Assembly (NCBI GenBank): GCA_002633005.1
Contig: NMRA01000058.1
Span: 1,170,828-1,229,722 of the forward strand
Reading direction: 5' to 3'
Source of the DNA: Phoronis australis
Lineage: Eukaryota > Animalia > Phoronida
Length of the DNA stretch: 58,895 nt
The notes beneath the pieces are model-generated. The model had not been told where the DNA came from and searched no databases. It was given only the letters and a program-made list of their open reading frames with translations. A program made the position numbers and the translations under genes. This document shows, one piece after another, positions 1-13,059 of this stretch. Each line of letters begins with the position of its first letter. Within the stretch, counting starts at the first letter, position 1.

Positions 1-758
1 GGGTGCTTGTTCGAGCCTCCCTGGGTGCGCGCATGTGCCTGGTTCTCAAACTTAAGAATCACCTATGTAACTATTGTATTGCCTATTTTGACTGATTTGC
101 TCAGGTTTGTCGGGAGGATCTAGGTTATTGAATGCGAAAGGACATTCCGATCCCACTACTAGTACCCTATCTGGAATACCCCCAGGCATAGGTCACAATG
201 TACCCAAGTGAACTCTTACCAGTCAACATGTTAACTATTGTTACGCACAGTGAAACTTACATAATTCCTATCTAATTGCACCAAATAATTTAATGCAAAT
301 AAGGAAAATCTGTGTGATTTGACTTTGGGATTTAGTATGTGCTTTCGAATTTTTACCGGGTTGTGGAATACTAGAATGTCGCAAAAGTTTGCATATTCAG
401 ACTTAAAATTTTCACATTCAATGCGAGTTCGACTGGTTTGATTGAAATTAAATATTTCAGTGTCATGGTGAAAGTGATAGTTAATCTGGTTACAACTTTA
501 CCTAGGAGTTGGGTTGAGTTGAATATGGACTGACTAGAATGATTTCCCCATGTCTGTACGGGCATTTTCTTTTCCCTCTAGAAATTTGCTTGGAACCTCA
601 TTTTAATATCTTTGCAAATGTCAGCCAGTAAAGTGATTGGTAGGAGTACAGGATATAGTATTTTTATGTTTACTGTAGTACATGAGATAATAATTCTATT
701 TTTACTGTAAACTATTATGGTTACGTAAGACCTCTCGTGAACACCATGCCAGTATTTT

Positions 759-929
759 CAATGGTGGATTCAGAGGACAGCTAAGGGGCCATCATGGCCA
801 TGGCCCCGGCCCCCTAAAACGCTACAAGATCAATTGGCAGTTAGGGGGGGGGGGCAGGGGATGATGGGCAAAACCGTACTCTGCCCTAACCCCCCAACTC
901 AAAATCCTGGATCCGCCCGACCGCCCCTG
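759..929. mobile_element. hAT-like MITE, family A copy 1
   Basis: CAATGGTGGATT...GGATCCGCCCGACCGCCCCTG ends. Shares the core 'ctctgccct..cccccaactcaaaatcctggatc' with copies at 6814, 30083 and 33727. Flanks ATTTT/ATCTT. Confidence 0.6.
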
Positions 930-2026
930 ATCTTTACATGGATAACATTCCCTGTAAATGGGTTATGTCTGGATTCTTAAGAAGCTATCTCATACTGTTA
1001 TGTTTGCTGATATCTCATTGTTTTCAGGTCTCTATTAACTTGGCGAAGTACTTGGAGGAACTAGACATCCAAACATTTGCATCGGAACAATCACCCAGGG
1101 GTGGTATTGGGCTGTTTACATCCACATGGCAGGTAGAACTTCATATGTTTCATTGTTGAGTTAAAAATAGTGCTGCTATCAGGGTTTGAATTTGAAACAA
1201 TATGAAATATGTCCTTGGTTTAGCCAATGGGCTTATAATCTTTAACAAGCTCACTGATTCTTGTAGCCATTTGGTCAAGTCAATGTAAAGCTTCTTAGTT
1301 TTGCTATAAGTTTCAAAAAGTACACGCGGAAGTATACATGTGATATTAAACTTTCAGTTCTAACCCTGGTTGTGCCGGCTAAATATCCATGAAACATTAG
1401 TAAGAAGTTCTATGCTGGCTGGAGACAGCTAGTTAGAATACAACTAGCTCTGCTCATTATGCAGAGTTGTGCATTTTCTTATCAGATTAACGAATTAAAC
1501 AATGAAAAGTTCACAAAAATAATGGGAATTGTAGTTTATTGCAGTTGCCAACAGTTTCATCATTTGATAAAAATATTAATTAATTTGTCATAGAACTTGA
1601 ACTAAAAAGCTATAGAACACGATACCTGGTTAGCCTGAAGTCCAACTTTTATTAACACATTAAGTTTTGTCATATGCATGGTTTGTTCTAGATTGTGATA
1701 GCATGATAGGTGACCATACGCATGTTTTGTATTTAAGTTGTATAGAATAAAATTGTTTTGGATGTCGCGAATCCAGGATTAAAACTTCATTCAAAACAGT
1801 ATGCGGAAAACTGACCCACTGCAGTGCATGCTTGAAGTAAACTTGCAGACTAGTCTTGCGCTTGAATCCTGGAGAGTAATTGGTTAAATTTTGAGTTTGA
1901 AGACTATTTTCTAGGCTCTGTACATAAGTCAGAAAGTTTTACAAATCAGTGTTGTATAAACAGCACGATAAATATCCAGCAAGTTAAGTTGTCTTATACT
2001 GATAGCTTTTACCCGCCTGTTATTAA

Positions 2027-3347
2027 AGGCGAAGGCAACCTTTTTCCATGTCATTTTGAGCTAAAATAAGGTTGGTTGGTTATCCTAGACATATTTTCCA
2101 CTTAATTACAGCTTTTTGTAATTTTATTAAATACTCGTCCGCTACTCCGGAAGTGACGTTTTAGGAGGCAAGCATTTCGCGCCAATTTCTTTTCATATAG
2201 TCTGACTGTGAGAGCTGCCGAGTCAGTCATTGTTCTACCTCGGTTGTGTTAAGTTCCGCCGTCGTTTGCTTTCATTTACTAGTCAGTCAACATGCCACAC
2301 TGTTGCTGCGTACCAGGAGTACTAATTATCAGCTCACGCGCGCTTTGGGAGTACCTTTGCATCGCTTTCCGATGGATGACACACTTCGACGTACTTGGCT
2401 CGTTCGTGTGAAGAACACAGCGTTACCCGTCCACGCAACGCACAAAGCAGTGGAGAATTACAGTGTGTGTGGCAAGCACTTTCTGCCGTCTGATTACGGA
2501 AGGGATTTGTACGCTGAACTGATGAAGGTCCCTGCGAAACAACGTCTGAAGAAGGATGCCATTCCGTCTGGGTTGATTCCCGGCAGTGCCCCGTCGCCAC
2601 CCCCGAGAAGTGCGTTTTTGAAGCGAGAACTCTCGCGAGCTGTGGCCAATACAGTGACTGGAGCCAGTGGAGACATTTCATCTACTGTCACCCGTGCCTC
2701 CGAACGTACCCCAGAGCGTGCAATTCCTGGAACCAGTAGTGATTCACCCTGTGCTGTTTTCTCCAGCCCAGAGCCTCTAAGCAGCCCTGCAGCGATATTG
2801 AGTAGTGGGAGTGATTACAGGCTCAGTTCGACACCCAGTGAAGAGGACAGTTCGTCGTCCAGTAAACAGATCGGTGAGCCAAACTTTTATTGTGGACTTG
2901 TATTGGAGCTATTTAGAAGGTGACAGGTGTGTGGCGAGGGAGTCACACGACACGAAGTAAGCAGTTTGGGTGCTCAGGTCACCATCCAGTGGGAGTGTGT
3001 CGCGGGACATTCTGGCAAGTNTACAACACACTAAACAATCCCTAAATCCAACGTAGTTGAGTTCTCTACTAACCTATCTTGCCGCAGAATACTCGCCGAT
3101 GAAAAGTGGTGGCGACAATTGTTGAAAAACAGCACAAAACAAAAGTAGAATAGAACAGATTCACACGGTAAAATCAACGCAAAACCAAGTGGCGGGAAAC
3201 GCTTGCCTCCTAAATCGTCACTTCCGGAGTAGCTATCGAGTAATTTATAAAATTACGAAAAGCTGTAATTAAGTGGAAAATACGTCTAGGATAATCAACC
3301 AACCTTATTTTAGCTCAAAATGACATGGAAAAGGGTTGCCTTCGCCT
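2027..3347 (+). mobile_element. Kolobok DNA transposon (internally deleted or gap-collapsed)
   Basis: ~160-bp inverted repeats starting AGGCGAAGGCAACC and ending GGTTGCCTTCGCCT. TTAA on both sides (2023-2026, 3348-3351). THAP ORF inside. N gap at 3021. Confidence 0.85.
2292..3020 (+). pseudogene. N-terminal part of a THAP-domain Kolobok transposase
   Basis: ATG 2292 gives MPHCCCVPG, then a frameshift into TNY...LHRFP...W...VCGKHF...DAIPS (THAP C2CH motif). After an in-frame stop comes QVCG...IQWECVAGH, a zinc-finger-like segment. Confidence 0.75.
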
Positions 3348-3577
3348 TTAAAATTTGTTGTCTTTATTGCAGAGTGCGCCTTCAACAATCGTTGAATAAG
3401 GAAGGCTACCCAGACAATACAATGTACGCACTTACGAACTGCAGCTCATGAACCTATGAATTCAGTTATCTGAGCTCGGAAACGCGCGTTTGTAGTCACG
3501 AAACATGGATTATTTGCCCGTGAAGCTAAGCGAGCAGATCCAGCTAAAGAAGACTGAGTGGCTTGTGGTCTACCATA

Positions 3578-4060
3578 GGGCCCTTTCACATTGACTTAAC
3601 TCTTGTCTGAGCGGAATATCGACGTATACTGGACCGTTCATTCTGGCTTTGGTAGTTAATGAACTTCGAAGTAAACAGTAGGTGACGCTGTCGTGATCGA
3701 CAGTATCGCAAGGTAGCACTGCACGCTAAGATGTGACAACTTGGGAACATTTGCATGTGTTAATTGACAAAACTTATTTTCAAATTGATTGTTGATTATT
3801 AGAGCAAGGAATAAACAACTATTAGCCATCACACTACTATGCAATTGTTAATGATAACAGTGGCCCCTGGCAATAACTTCGATAGGACCGAAGTTGATCG
3901 TTTATACTGCGTGGCAGCGTTGATGCTAAGCAATTCAATCCACCTGTTTAGTACGAAGTTAACCGGTGCTGTTAACTTCCTTCCAGGATCAAAGTTTAAG
4001 TGTTCATACTGACATTAACTCCCAAAAACTTTGACGCGTCGATGTTGGTATGAAAGGCCC
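3578..4060. mobile_element. Possible PIF/Harbinger-type MITE
   Basis: Short imperfect TIRs GGGCCCTTTCACA ... TATGAAAGGCCC, with TA outside both ends. Confidence 0.4.
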
Positions 4061-4904
4061 TATAGATATGTGTATGAAATTCAGTAGCTTTAAATTAAAG
4101 AAAAAAGAATATTTTTGTGGTCAAAGGTCTAAGTTTTCGAATTTCCATCTCGTATAACCAGGTTGTACTTAGGGTTACTTTTAGTGAATCTTGTTCGCAC
4201 CATGGAGTGTATTGGATTTACTGTTATTATGATTGTCAACAAAACGAAACGACATTTAAATTGATATTTTTAAGGTTGAAAACAATTATAGGTGATTCTA
4301 AACACTATTTCTAGCATAAGGATTGTACTTCCCAAAATCAGACCTGTGGCCATTGTCGATAAACTTTTAGTTACCTGTTACGTTTTATGTTATGCTTTTG
4401 TCTCTGTGGATATTCTTGGATTTTGCATGCTATGATTTTAGTTGAAAAAGTCTGCTGTTGAAACGTAGACTTTTGTTGTAGTCCTTCCTGGCTATGTAAT
4501 CATCACATTTTCTTTGGTTGTGTTTCATGATTTGGTAGTGATTTCTCTGTTTGTACATTCCATTTTGCTCCCTCAGTTATCGCATAATTGTCATAGACTG
4601 AGAACGATGCAAATATGAATATATTATTGGCCTCATTTAGTTTTCACTGCATTGTATACATGACACTTGATGAACTGATTTTTGAAATGTTTATGGTTTT
4701 TAAGATTTGATATTTCACTTATGTTCACTTATTTTAAGGAATTAGTGTATTTTAGGAAGTACATTTTATTTTCTGCAATTAATCACTGTTAATGAAATGT
4801 TAACAGATCTCTAGTTTGTTAAATCTTGATGAGAATCATTAAATTTGTTACTGTACTCCACTCTTGTTTTAGTGAAAGTCTAAATTTTTGAACGCCTATC
4901 CTAT

Positions 4905-5123
4905 TGAAACTGATTGCTTTTAGAAAACTTCAATTTTCAAAAGTTAGTTCCTTGAAAACTTATGTTCGGAAAACTTAGTTTTCAAAAACTTAAGTTTCTG
5001 AAACTTAAGTTCCAAAATACTTAAGTTTTCGCCAAAAACTTAAGTTTTCGTGAATGAAAACTTAAGTTTTCAGACCAAAAACTTAAGTTTTTTGATGTAA
5101 ACTTAAGTTCATTTTTGTAAGGG
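4905..5123. repeat. Subterminal palindromic repeat array and terminus of a CACTA/EnSpm (CMC)-type element
   Basis: About ten variably spaced copies of AAAACTTAAGTTTT or variants, ending in ...CATTTTTGTAAGGG. The terminus resembles ...CATTTTGGTAAGGG at 17453. Confidence 0.55.
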
Positions 5124-5198
5124 GTAGCTTAGGTACCTTGGGAGTTGCCACTGGTGAACAGCGAACAGTTAAATGTTTGTTTGGCCAAAGTTCACCCG

Positions 5199-8100
5199 CT
5201 AAGTCATAAAATGGTAATTGCCGACCAAGGGCACGCTTAATCTGAATTGGTCGTCTACGCTAGGCGACCACTTAACCGACCCAAGTGCTGACCACAGAGG
5301 CGACTGTAACTCTGGCAGGAAGCCATTCTCGAGCATGGCTACTAGACATGACAAGTCCCGGTCACTGATTGTGGTTGCACGGACTTTGTCCCAGGTGACA
5401 GACGGTACATATAAGTCTTTCAGGGAGGCTGAGACGACTCGCTCCAATTGATCGTCGAGTCTTAAGCTTGGGGATGGGGAGCGTTGCCGCAGAATCTGTA
5501 GGGGTGCGCAGACCGTAGTGGACCCGGGGATGACGGCACCGATATTGTCCTCGAGACGATATTTGTCCGGGGAACGTGGTCCGGACGGGGAGTGCTACGT
5601 GCAGTCAGAGGCCTTGTTCTAAGCTTCACGTATGTGGACAAGTTAGAATTTGTAACGCAGTGTCTTTTCCTTGAGGTTGCGGAGGCGGTAGCTGCTGATC
5701 TTGTCCAGTGGTTTCGGGTCAAATATGCCCAGGAGTGGCTTGTGGTCGACAGTGACAATTAAATTCGCGCGCCCAAGTATGAAATATCTTGCTCGGTCGA
5801 GCGCATCCGTAACAGCGAGATCCTCACCTTCAACCGGGGTGTAACGCGATTCAGCGGGGTGGGTGAATCGACTACCTACAAGAGCCACCTTCCATCCGTC
5901 AGGGCAACAGAATAGTTTCTTTGGGGTTATTGTTGCGCAGCCGCAGTGTTTTTTCAGGAGCCAGAACCCGAGGCCCTCTTTCAATCAGTCTGTGACGATG
6001 CATGTTGGCTTTATTTTATCGAATATCTGAACTCCATGGCAAAATCTCGTCGATAATTTTGGACTCGGACGCCTAGAACAGTGCATCTATGGTGTCGTCC
6101 CAGTAGAAGCTTTGACTCGGTTTCAGGCGTTCAACGAACAGCGCCATGGCAGTCGCTATGGAAAATGTGTGGGAGATCTGGTTCACTAAGCCGACTGAGA
6201 GGGGGGGGGGGGGTTTCTCNACGCAGTTGCTGGCAAGAACGAAATTTTCTGGATTCAGAGTGATTCCACTGTTGCAACAAGTGTACCGGAACAGTCATCT
6301 GATGGAAGCATTTTTCAATGGAGTCCGACCATAAAAGTGTGTCATCGACGCATTTCACGTTGTCAGGGATGTTACCTACATGTATAATATCGTCGAAGCC
6401 GGAAGCAATATAAACTTGGGGGCAGACACAATATCGGTAGCGTCCCCATGGCGTTATGAACTTGGTGAGGTGTCAGATCGTCCTCGTGCAGCGGAATGCT
6501 GCGATACCCGTTCCACGCGTCACACACAGATTTCTTTTTGTTATAGGTAGCGGATATCGCCAGGTGGAAGGGCGATGGCGTGTGGTGGGTATTCCTCGTC
6601 GCGTGAGCGTTTAGGCTTTGAATGTCGACCGTGCGACGTGGTTTCCCAAACTTCTTTGCGCATATGACCATACGGTGGTAGTAGGTCACTGGAGTTCCAA
6701 CGGGTACAGGGTTGATAACACCCAGGCTGACATCCTGGCCTAAGCCGGCCTTGACTTCGTTCTGCCCATGGATGGGGACGGGGATGGGTGTTTGGTGGGA
6801 TGTCGGTTCGTTGCTGGGGCGGATCCAGGATTTGGAGTTGGGAGGGCATTATAGAGTACTAGCCAGGATTTTGCCCATCAGACATTCGCACTCCAGAACT
6901 GCCAAATGGAATTTGGGAGAATTTTGGAGGGGTCATGGCCACCTTGGCCCCCTATAAATCCGCCACTGCGGTGTCCAAATTGATCATGAGGCGGAGTGGG
7001 GGACCGCCCATCATCGAGAGTTCGGTATGTTCACATGTATTGAATGTACAGGACGCGTAGTGGTCCAAAAGCCACTGTCGCGGACGACAGTAGCTGGAAA
7101 CGGAAATGTCATTAGACGAGGAGGGGGTTTAAGCCGTGGTGGGCACATGCAAGGGGTGTCTTTGCCGTCGTGTTTGGTCGCAAGGCACACGCCGATTGTT
7201 GGGAATTTTACGCTAATTATACCTAACCCTAGGCAGGTCTGTCTACTTTAGAAGAATTTGTCTGTCGGGTCAGATATGTAGACGATCTGTTTGGTACTGT
7301 GGGTGGGAAGTTGAAGGCTCAAGAGATGGGCAATAACCGCCCCGAAGATGGTAATATCGCTTTTGTTCATCGTTCTCATAGTCAGGGTGACGAGAAGCAG
7401 GTCTGCGAGCGACATGCGCAGCTTTGGCACCCGGTGTCCGCTATGCAGGCGATAGTGGCGCCATCAACAGTGGCTGACATAGTGGGGTGGACCCCGAGTG
7501 AGGGGTAAGCGTAATGGGTGAATCTTAATGACCGTGGGTTGCGACATCGATTAGCGCTTGACCTATACGGCGGAGGAGTGATCGAAGGCGTGGTGGTCGA
7601 GGGTGATCCCAGTGGCGTCGTCGATGTGGCATAAGCTGTCGCAGGACGCATGGCCGTGTTGTGTGTGGGTGTCCTGACGGTCGGTGCGGCAGCCGCCTCG
7701 ACACACAGCTGGGAAGTGATTCCTGGTGTTAAACTTCTCGCAAGTGTGGCCGAAAGCGGGACAAGAAGTAGGGCGTGTTTTCATCGGTGCTTTTCTGCCG
7801 TGTCCAGTCTAACTGCAATGTGTACATGTGTCGCTTATGTCAGGACGCTGATGCGGTAAAATGTTTTCGTGGGTTTCAGGCGTGCGTCCCGGTTTTTGCG
7901 GTATGTGCTTTTTACTACGTGGACGTGTGTGTGTGCTTGGCGAGGCGTGTGGCGGAGCGTTTGCCCGTTTCCTTCTTTTCGACAAATAAGAGGACCTCTT
8001 CCAGAGATTGTGACCGGTTGGAGTCCCCCAATAAGTCGAGCTAAATGTCTTTGTCTGCGAGGGCTTGGCACTCACCATATCGGTTATCATCGAGTCAGTG

Positions 8101-8500
8101 TAGTCAACAGGTTGGTTGCATGGTGGACAGGGCAGGGAGTATTGGCGCACAGCGTCTTGGCCTCGCACGCGGGCGCAAAATGCGCGGAATCGCTTGTCGT
8201 GGTCTTGGGTCAGTGTGTACAACTGTGCTCGGGCTACCATCGGGGCCTCTGCACGCTCAGCCAATATTTCCATGGAAGCCATGATCGCCTGAATGTCCGG
8301 TGAAGTCAGGGGGCCGACAGAGTTGCGTGTAAGGTCCTTTATCAGTTTCTCATTGCAGCATTCCAAGAGTTGGATGGTTTTGGTTTTCCCTCTGATGCCA
8401 GTGGCCTCTACGTACTCATCCCACCGCGTCAATAAATACTGCCAATCCGCCGAACTCACGTCAGTGGTGATGGACGTCCAGTTAACTCTATTTTGACGCT
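5199..8500 (-). pseudogene. Degenerate Gypsy/Ty3 gag-pol
   Basis: gag (WQYLLTRWDEY..., 7809-8459), protease ADTGCQSC (~7430), RT (KKFGKPRRTVD, DAWNGY, KCVDD), RNase H (GSRFTHPAESRYTPVEGEDLAV, DHKPLLGIF). Many frameshifts. No integrase or 3' LTR seen. Confidence 0.9.
6814..6968. mobile_element. hAT-like MITE, family A copy 2, inserted in Gypsy pol
   Basis: CTGGGGCGGATCCAGG...AAATCCGCCACTG interrupts the LMINLDT|EPTSHQTPIPVP frame. Flanks CGTTG/CGGTG. Confidence 0.75.
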
Positions 8501-8629
8501 GGCGTTGGGCTGGGCGGTGTGGGTGCGGCCGTGTATTTTTGGAGTTCCACGGCTAGTGTTAACTCGTTGTCCCCACTCTCATAACAGCACCCGGATTAAG
8601 GACACTGTACGGTGGGCATCCTGTGGAGT

Positions 8630-8913
8630 CACTGTTTTGGAAGATTAGCGGTCACGATCATAAAAATAACTCGCAAGTATTTGTTCATTGTTTATCGATG
8701 AAAGCAAACTACGAATGATCGTAACCTGAAAGAACAGAGACAAGGGGTAAATATTAGGTATCTGATATATGAGGTGTGATTATAATAGGTTAACAATGCT
8801 AGAGATGTGCTAAGGCTATTGTCAATTAGGGAACAATCTTACCGCTAATCAAATAACCGACTTAGAGACAAAAGGAACATGGCGGCTAGGGCGAATAGCA
8901 AGCGACATCTACA
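8630..8913 (-). repeat. Probable 5' LTR of the Gypsy element
   Basis: Lies upstream of gag. Minus strand starts TGTAGATG and ends ...CCAAAACA, next to a degenerate PBS-like region. There is no second LTR to confirm the boundaries. Confidence 0.45.
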
Positions 8914-9080
8914 TGTATATATCATAATTCTTTAAGTATGAAACAGATGTCAAATTTATACCCAATTAAGCCCACTGTCCTTTTAATGGGACGCATCAGT
9001 TTATTTTTATTATATTAAATCAGTTACATTATTTGACAAAAAATCCTTTGCAGTGAAATTATCATCCACCAGGAGAACTG

Positions 9081-9481
9081 GGCCCGGTCTCTAATCTTTG
9101 TACTCAAAACGAACTCGAAACTATTTTTGGCAATTTCTCTGCTCCTTTTGTGCGAACTTAAGATAATTGGTTATCAAAATCTGCTCGAATACATTATAGC
9201 TTATGCATAAGAGTTTCTAGTTCAAGTTTGCCCTTGAAGACCCTTATATTCGTGCTACAAACTCGAGTAAAAACTCGAAATTTCGAGTTCAAACTCGAAC
9301 TTATTGCTTTAATGTTGGGTTTACAAACTGTGAACTAAGGGCAATAAATTATCTATGTAAGTTATTGTGTACTCGAGCATAGAATAATAGACACTTATCT
9401 TGAGTTCGCCCAAAAGTAGAGTAGAAAATGCCAAACCTAATTTCGAGTTCCATTCCGAGTAAAAAGATTGGAGATTGGGCC
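9081..9481. mobile_element. Harbinger-derived MITE nested in the piggyBac 5' region
   Basis: TIRs GGCCCGGTCTCTAATCTTT / AAAGATTGGAGATTGGGCC, flanks CTG/CAG. TIR is close to that of the Harbinger at 40675/44276. Confidence 0.75.
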
Positions 9482-9570
9482 CAGGACTGCAATAGTTATT
9501 GGGGGTTATCTCCTTTTGTTTTTGCTCAAAATAGGTATTACCATATCACACCCTTGAGTTTTCTGAGAAA

Positions 9571-11598
9571 ATGGCTTCACAATCAAGGTAAGTAAAGTTT
9601 TATCTGCTTTTTGGAAATAACTAGGATAAATGTTACATTACTTGATAGAATATTAATTGATGAACATATTAGCATAATTATTTTGTAGTAATAAACAAAT
9701 TTTGAGACTTTTATGTATGAACCGACTGTCCCACAGAAAAGACACCGGGACAGTATGGGTGCAGTAGGGTTTTTATCATATAATAACTCCTTTTCTTCAT
9801 TTTTGACTGGAGAATGACTGTGGACGAAGCAGTTTCAATGCTTGAAGAATAAAGGACGTTCCAGAACCACGCTCTGGCGACATCAACGATGGGGACAATG
9901 GAGACAAAGACTTCGGTGGTACGATTTCCAGCTAGCTTGTAGAATGCTGGCGCATCAGAAACAGTTGTGCTGCGTTATTCACGTGCAAGAGTAGACACAG
10001 TGGCTGACCCTTGTGGCGATGAGGATGGTGGTGGCGGAGATGATGGCGATGATGATAGTGATGATGGCGATATTGTTGATGATGTTTGTGCCAGCAGCTA
10101 CGAACTACAGCCTAAGAGGGCGCGGAAGAAAGCTAACAGAACATGGGTGCACGAGGATATCACACTGAATGATCAATTTGCATTGCATCCTGTGCGTTCG
10201 AACACAGACGGAATTCCACAAACGCCTACCGGTTTGTTTGAACTATTCTTTGATGATGACGTCTTATTGTTACCAACACTATAAATATGCTGGCTTCAAA
10301 GAGAATCATGATTTCTACACATCTCGAGATGAAATGCGAGCATTTATAGGAATCTTACTTGTCTCTGGATACACACGTGTTCCTCGTCGTCGTATGTATT
10401 GGTCTCTCGATAATGACGTGAGGATATCTGCCATTGCTACAACCATGACGCGGAACAGGTTCGATGAACTTATGCGTTTTGTTCACCTAGCTGATAACAC
10501 GCAGCTTGATGAAACAGACAAAATGGCCAAAGTAAGGCCACTTCTGGCAGCGGTGAATGAAAGGTGTCTGAGGTACTTCATGAAAGAAAAAAACTTATCA
10601 ATCGATGAGAGCATGATATCCTTTTATGGAAAGCATGGGGCCAAACAATTTATTAGGGGAAAACCGATTCGTTTTGATTTCAAGATATGGGTGCTTGCTA
10701 CCTCGCTTGGTTATGTACTTCAATTTGAGCCTTACCAAGGGAAACACGGATGACAGGCAGATGACCAAGTTCTTTTCGGAATGGATGGTGCTGGTGTGCT
10801 TGATCTCCTTGCTAAATTGCAAAGAGACAATGGTTATCATCTAACCTTTGATAATCTCTTCACGTCCTTGAAATTAGTAGACCAGTTGTCTGAGCTAAGA
10901 ATTGCGTCCACGGGCACAATCCGAGCAAATAGGATCGGGAACTGTCCTATTATGCCAGTAAAACAAATGCAAAAGTAACCAAGGGGCACATATGATTACA
11001 GCCTTGACACAACGAACCATCTGTGTGTTGTCCGATGGAACGACAACAGTATCGTCAACGTCACTTCAAATGTGTACCAAACAGTCTGCAAAGAGATGGT
11101 CTCGCACTGACAAGAGATATGTCCAGCTTGTTCAGCCATTCGTGTTAAAGCACTACAACAAAACAATGGGAGGAGTAGATCGAATGGACCAGAACATTAA
11201 GAAATTCCGGGTGAATATGAGATCCAAAGAATGGTGGTGGTGCATTTTTGCATATTGTATCGACATGTGCGTTCAGCATGAATGGCACATTTACCGTGCC
11301 ACACCGGTTAGTAGTGAGAGAAGCCAATGGACTTACTTGATGTGCGCAGAGAAATTGCGAGAATCTACTTGCAGAAAGGTAAGCAAGGAAGTTGTCTGGG
11401 ACGCCCTAAATCACGTGCAATCCCATTTTCGAAACACATCTCGGATGAAGTACGATTGGATCGAATGGACCACTACAGTATATGGCAACCCGCAGCACTC
11501 AACGTAGGTGTGTTGTCTGCGGCAAAAAATCCAAGCATGCTTGCAGCAAATGCAGTGTAACACTTCGTGAGCATTGCTTTCAACAATTCCACCAGTAA
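9571..11598 (+). pseudogene. piggyBac transposase (PGBD2/3-like), frameshifted
   Basis: Short first exon ATGGCTTCACAATCAAG|gtaagt. Motifs SIDESMI, FIRGKPIRF, FDNLFTS, TGTIRANR, YNKTMGGVDRMDQ. C-terminal Cys-rich RRCVVCGKK..CSKC ending at TAA 11596-11598. Several stops and frameshifts. Confidence 0.9.
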
Positions 11599-12429
11599 TT
11601 GAGCTGCGACATGTGATGACATTGTCACGACTGGACTGAATAACGCCATGTGACGTCATGTGTTTTATCGATATCTTCAAAGTATAGCATGATATCAGTT
11701 GTAAAGATTGTGTGGACCCTGTTTTATTGGTGCCATACCATTTTATATTGTCTAGTTTAGTTTCCCAATTTATTATCACCTGAAATAAACAGTTTATCTG
11801 AAAATATTAGAATGTTTCCATCTGCACCCATATAATCCCACTGTCCTTTTCGTGGGAAAAAAACTAATTAACAGATATAATTAACGGAACATCTTTTTTT
11901 CAAAACAATTTTTGCAATTATGTTCATAAGTCCTCAAACTTTATCAAATATCTGAAATTTAAACGGAATAGAAAATTTGGGCTGAAATGAGGTTTTAACA
12001 TAAGCAGGTTATGTACCCATTGGATTATGCTCAATTCTTTTAAAATTCCAATTTTATATTAAAAACACAAAAACAACCCCAGCAGTCGACAAGGTGTCAA
12101 ATTGGAACACCCGCAAACACTGTCTGACCACAGGTCAATTAGATGATCTCGAAAATTTATTGGTCGAAACATACTATAAAATGGGTACAATTTAACACAG
12201 CACCAGTCATCTTGCACTATGTTTAGTGAAAAGTCGTCAGATGCTGCAGCTCAATTTCCTGTGGTATATTAAAAAACAAGGAATGGCGAGGTGTTGCATT
12301 TGTAGTTTTTGCGACAATTAAGTATTTTTTGACCACGCTGTGGCCCTTCTCACGTTCCCGCGGGACTTCGGAGAAGCGCGGACATGCTCAAGCTTGTACA
12401 AACAAATTGTGTGTTGGCAATGACATACT

Positions 12430-13050
12430 GGTGATTGATACGCTCACTGAAACGTCACACTTATGTCTGTGGAGCTAAGAAACGTTCAGTAGAAGTCGCT
12501 TTTCATCTTTTCTGGCACTAGCTTCGGTTAAGTTGATGAGTAGTAGTTTCTTTTTTCTCAACCAGTAAGAACATATTTACCCTTGGCAGTTTCAGCTCCT
12601 ATCAGCAGCCATTTTCCGAAGTTATTGGACGTTAGGCGGCGTAGTGATCTCACTTTTCCAAATTTTGGACAACTTATAACCTGCATCGTCCGTGTTCATG
12701 ATTGATCCACTTTTCAAGTCCCAGTCTGACTCTCTTATACGTCTAGATCTTGAGTTACGTTCTGACTCAACAGAACGAGCATCATACCAGTTAATCACAC
12801 GATTAAAACCAAGAGCATTACCAGACACTGCAAATTTGTTAATAGTATTTTGAGACTAACGTCCATCGTCCCTGTTCCTAACAGATGCACTTTGCATGAC
12901 CCAGACTGACTCGCTTATCCGTCCAGATCTTAGGTGACTTTCACACTCAAAGGAACGAGCATCATCCCAAGAGCATGACCAGTCACTGCAAAAAGCTCAT
13001 TCACATCCTTCCTGTGTTCATTAAGTCTGTCTATTTTCTCTGGGTATATA
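12430..13050 (-). mobile_element. Penelope-like retroelement remnant (two tandem GIY-YIG C-terminal fragments)
   Basis: RLNEHRKDV...AVTGHA..WDDAR...RISESVW...RNRDDG, and a second copy INWYDAR...RIRESDW...MNTDDAGYKLSKIW. Confidence 0.65.
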
Positions 13051-13059
13051 CGATTTGGA

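Larger units (their letters stand above)
8961..11992 (+). mobile_element. piggyBac DNA transposon (defective)
   Basis: Degenerate TIRs CCCAATTAAGCCC ... GGGCTGAAATGAGG with TTAA-like flanks. Subterminal repeat CCCACTGTCCTTTT..TGGGA at 8971 and ~11837. Confidence 0.75.

Noticed and set aside
1029-3560. Exon-like AG...GT segment at 1029-1131 and acceptor-led segment at ~3373-3560
   Set aside because: They could be remnants of a transposon accessory gene, but I could not recognise a protein family or a consistent frame.
4905-5110. CRISPR-like repeat/spacer array
   Set aside because: Spacers are only a few bases long and irregular, there are no cas genes, and the context is eukaryotic.
6200-6220. 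Poly-G run next to an N inside Gypsy RT
   Set aside because: Low-quality gap edge; not interpretable as a G-quadruplex element.
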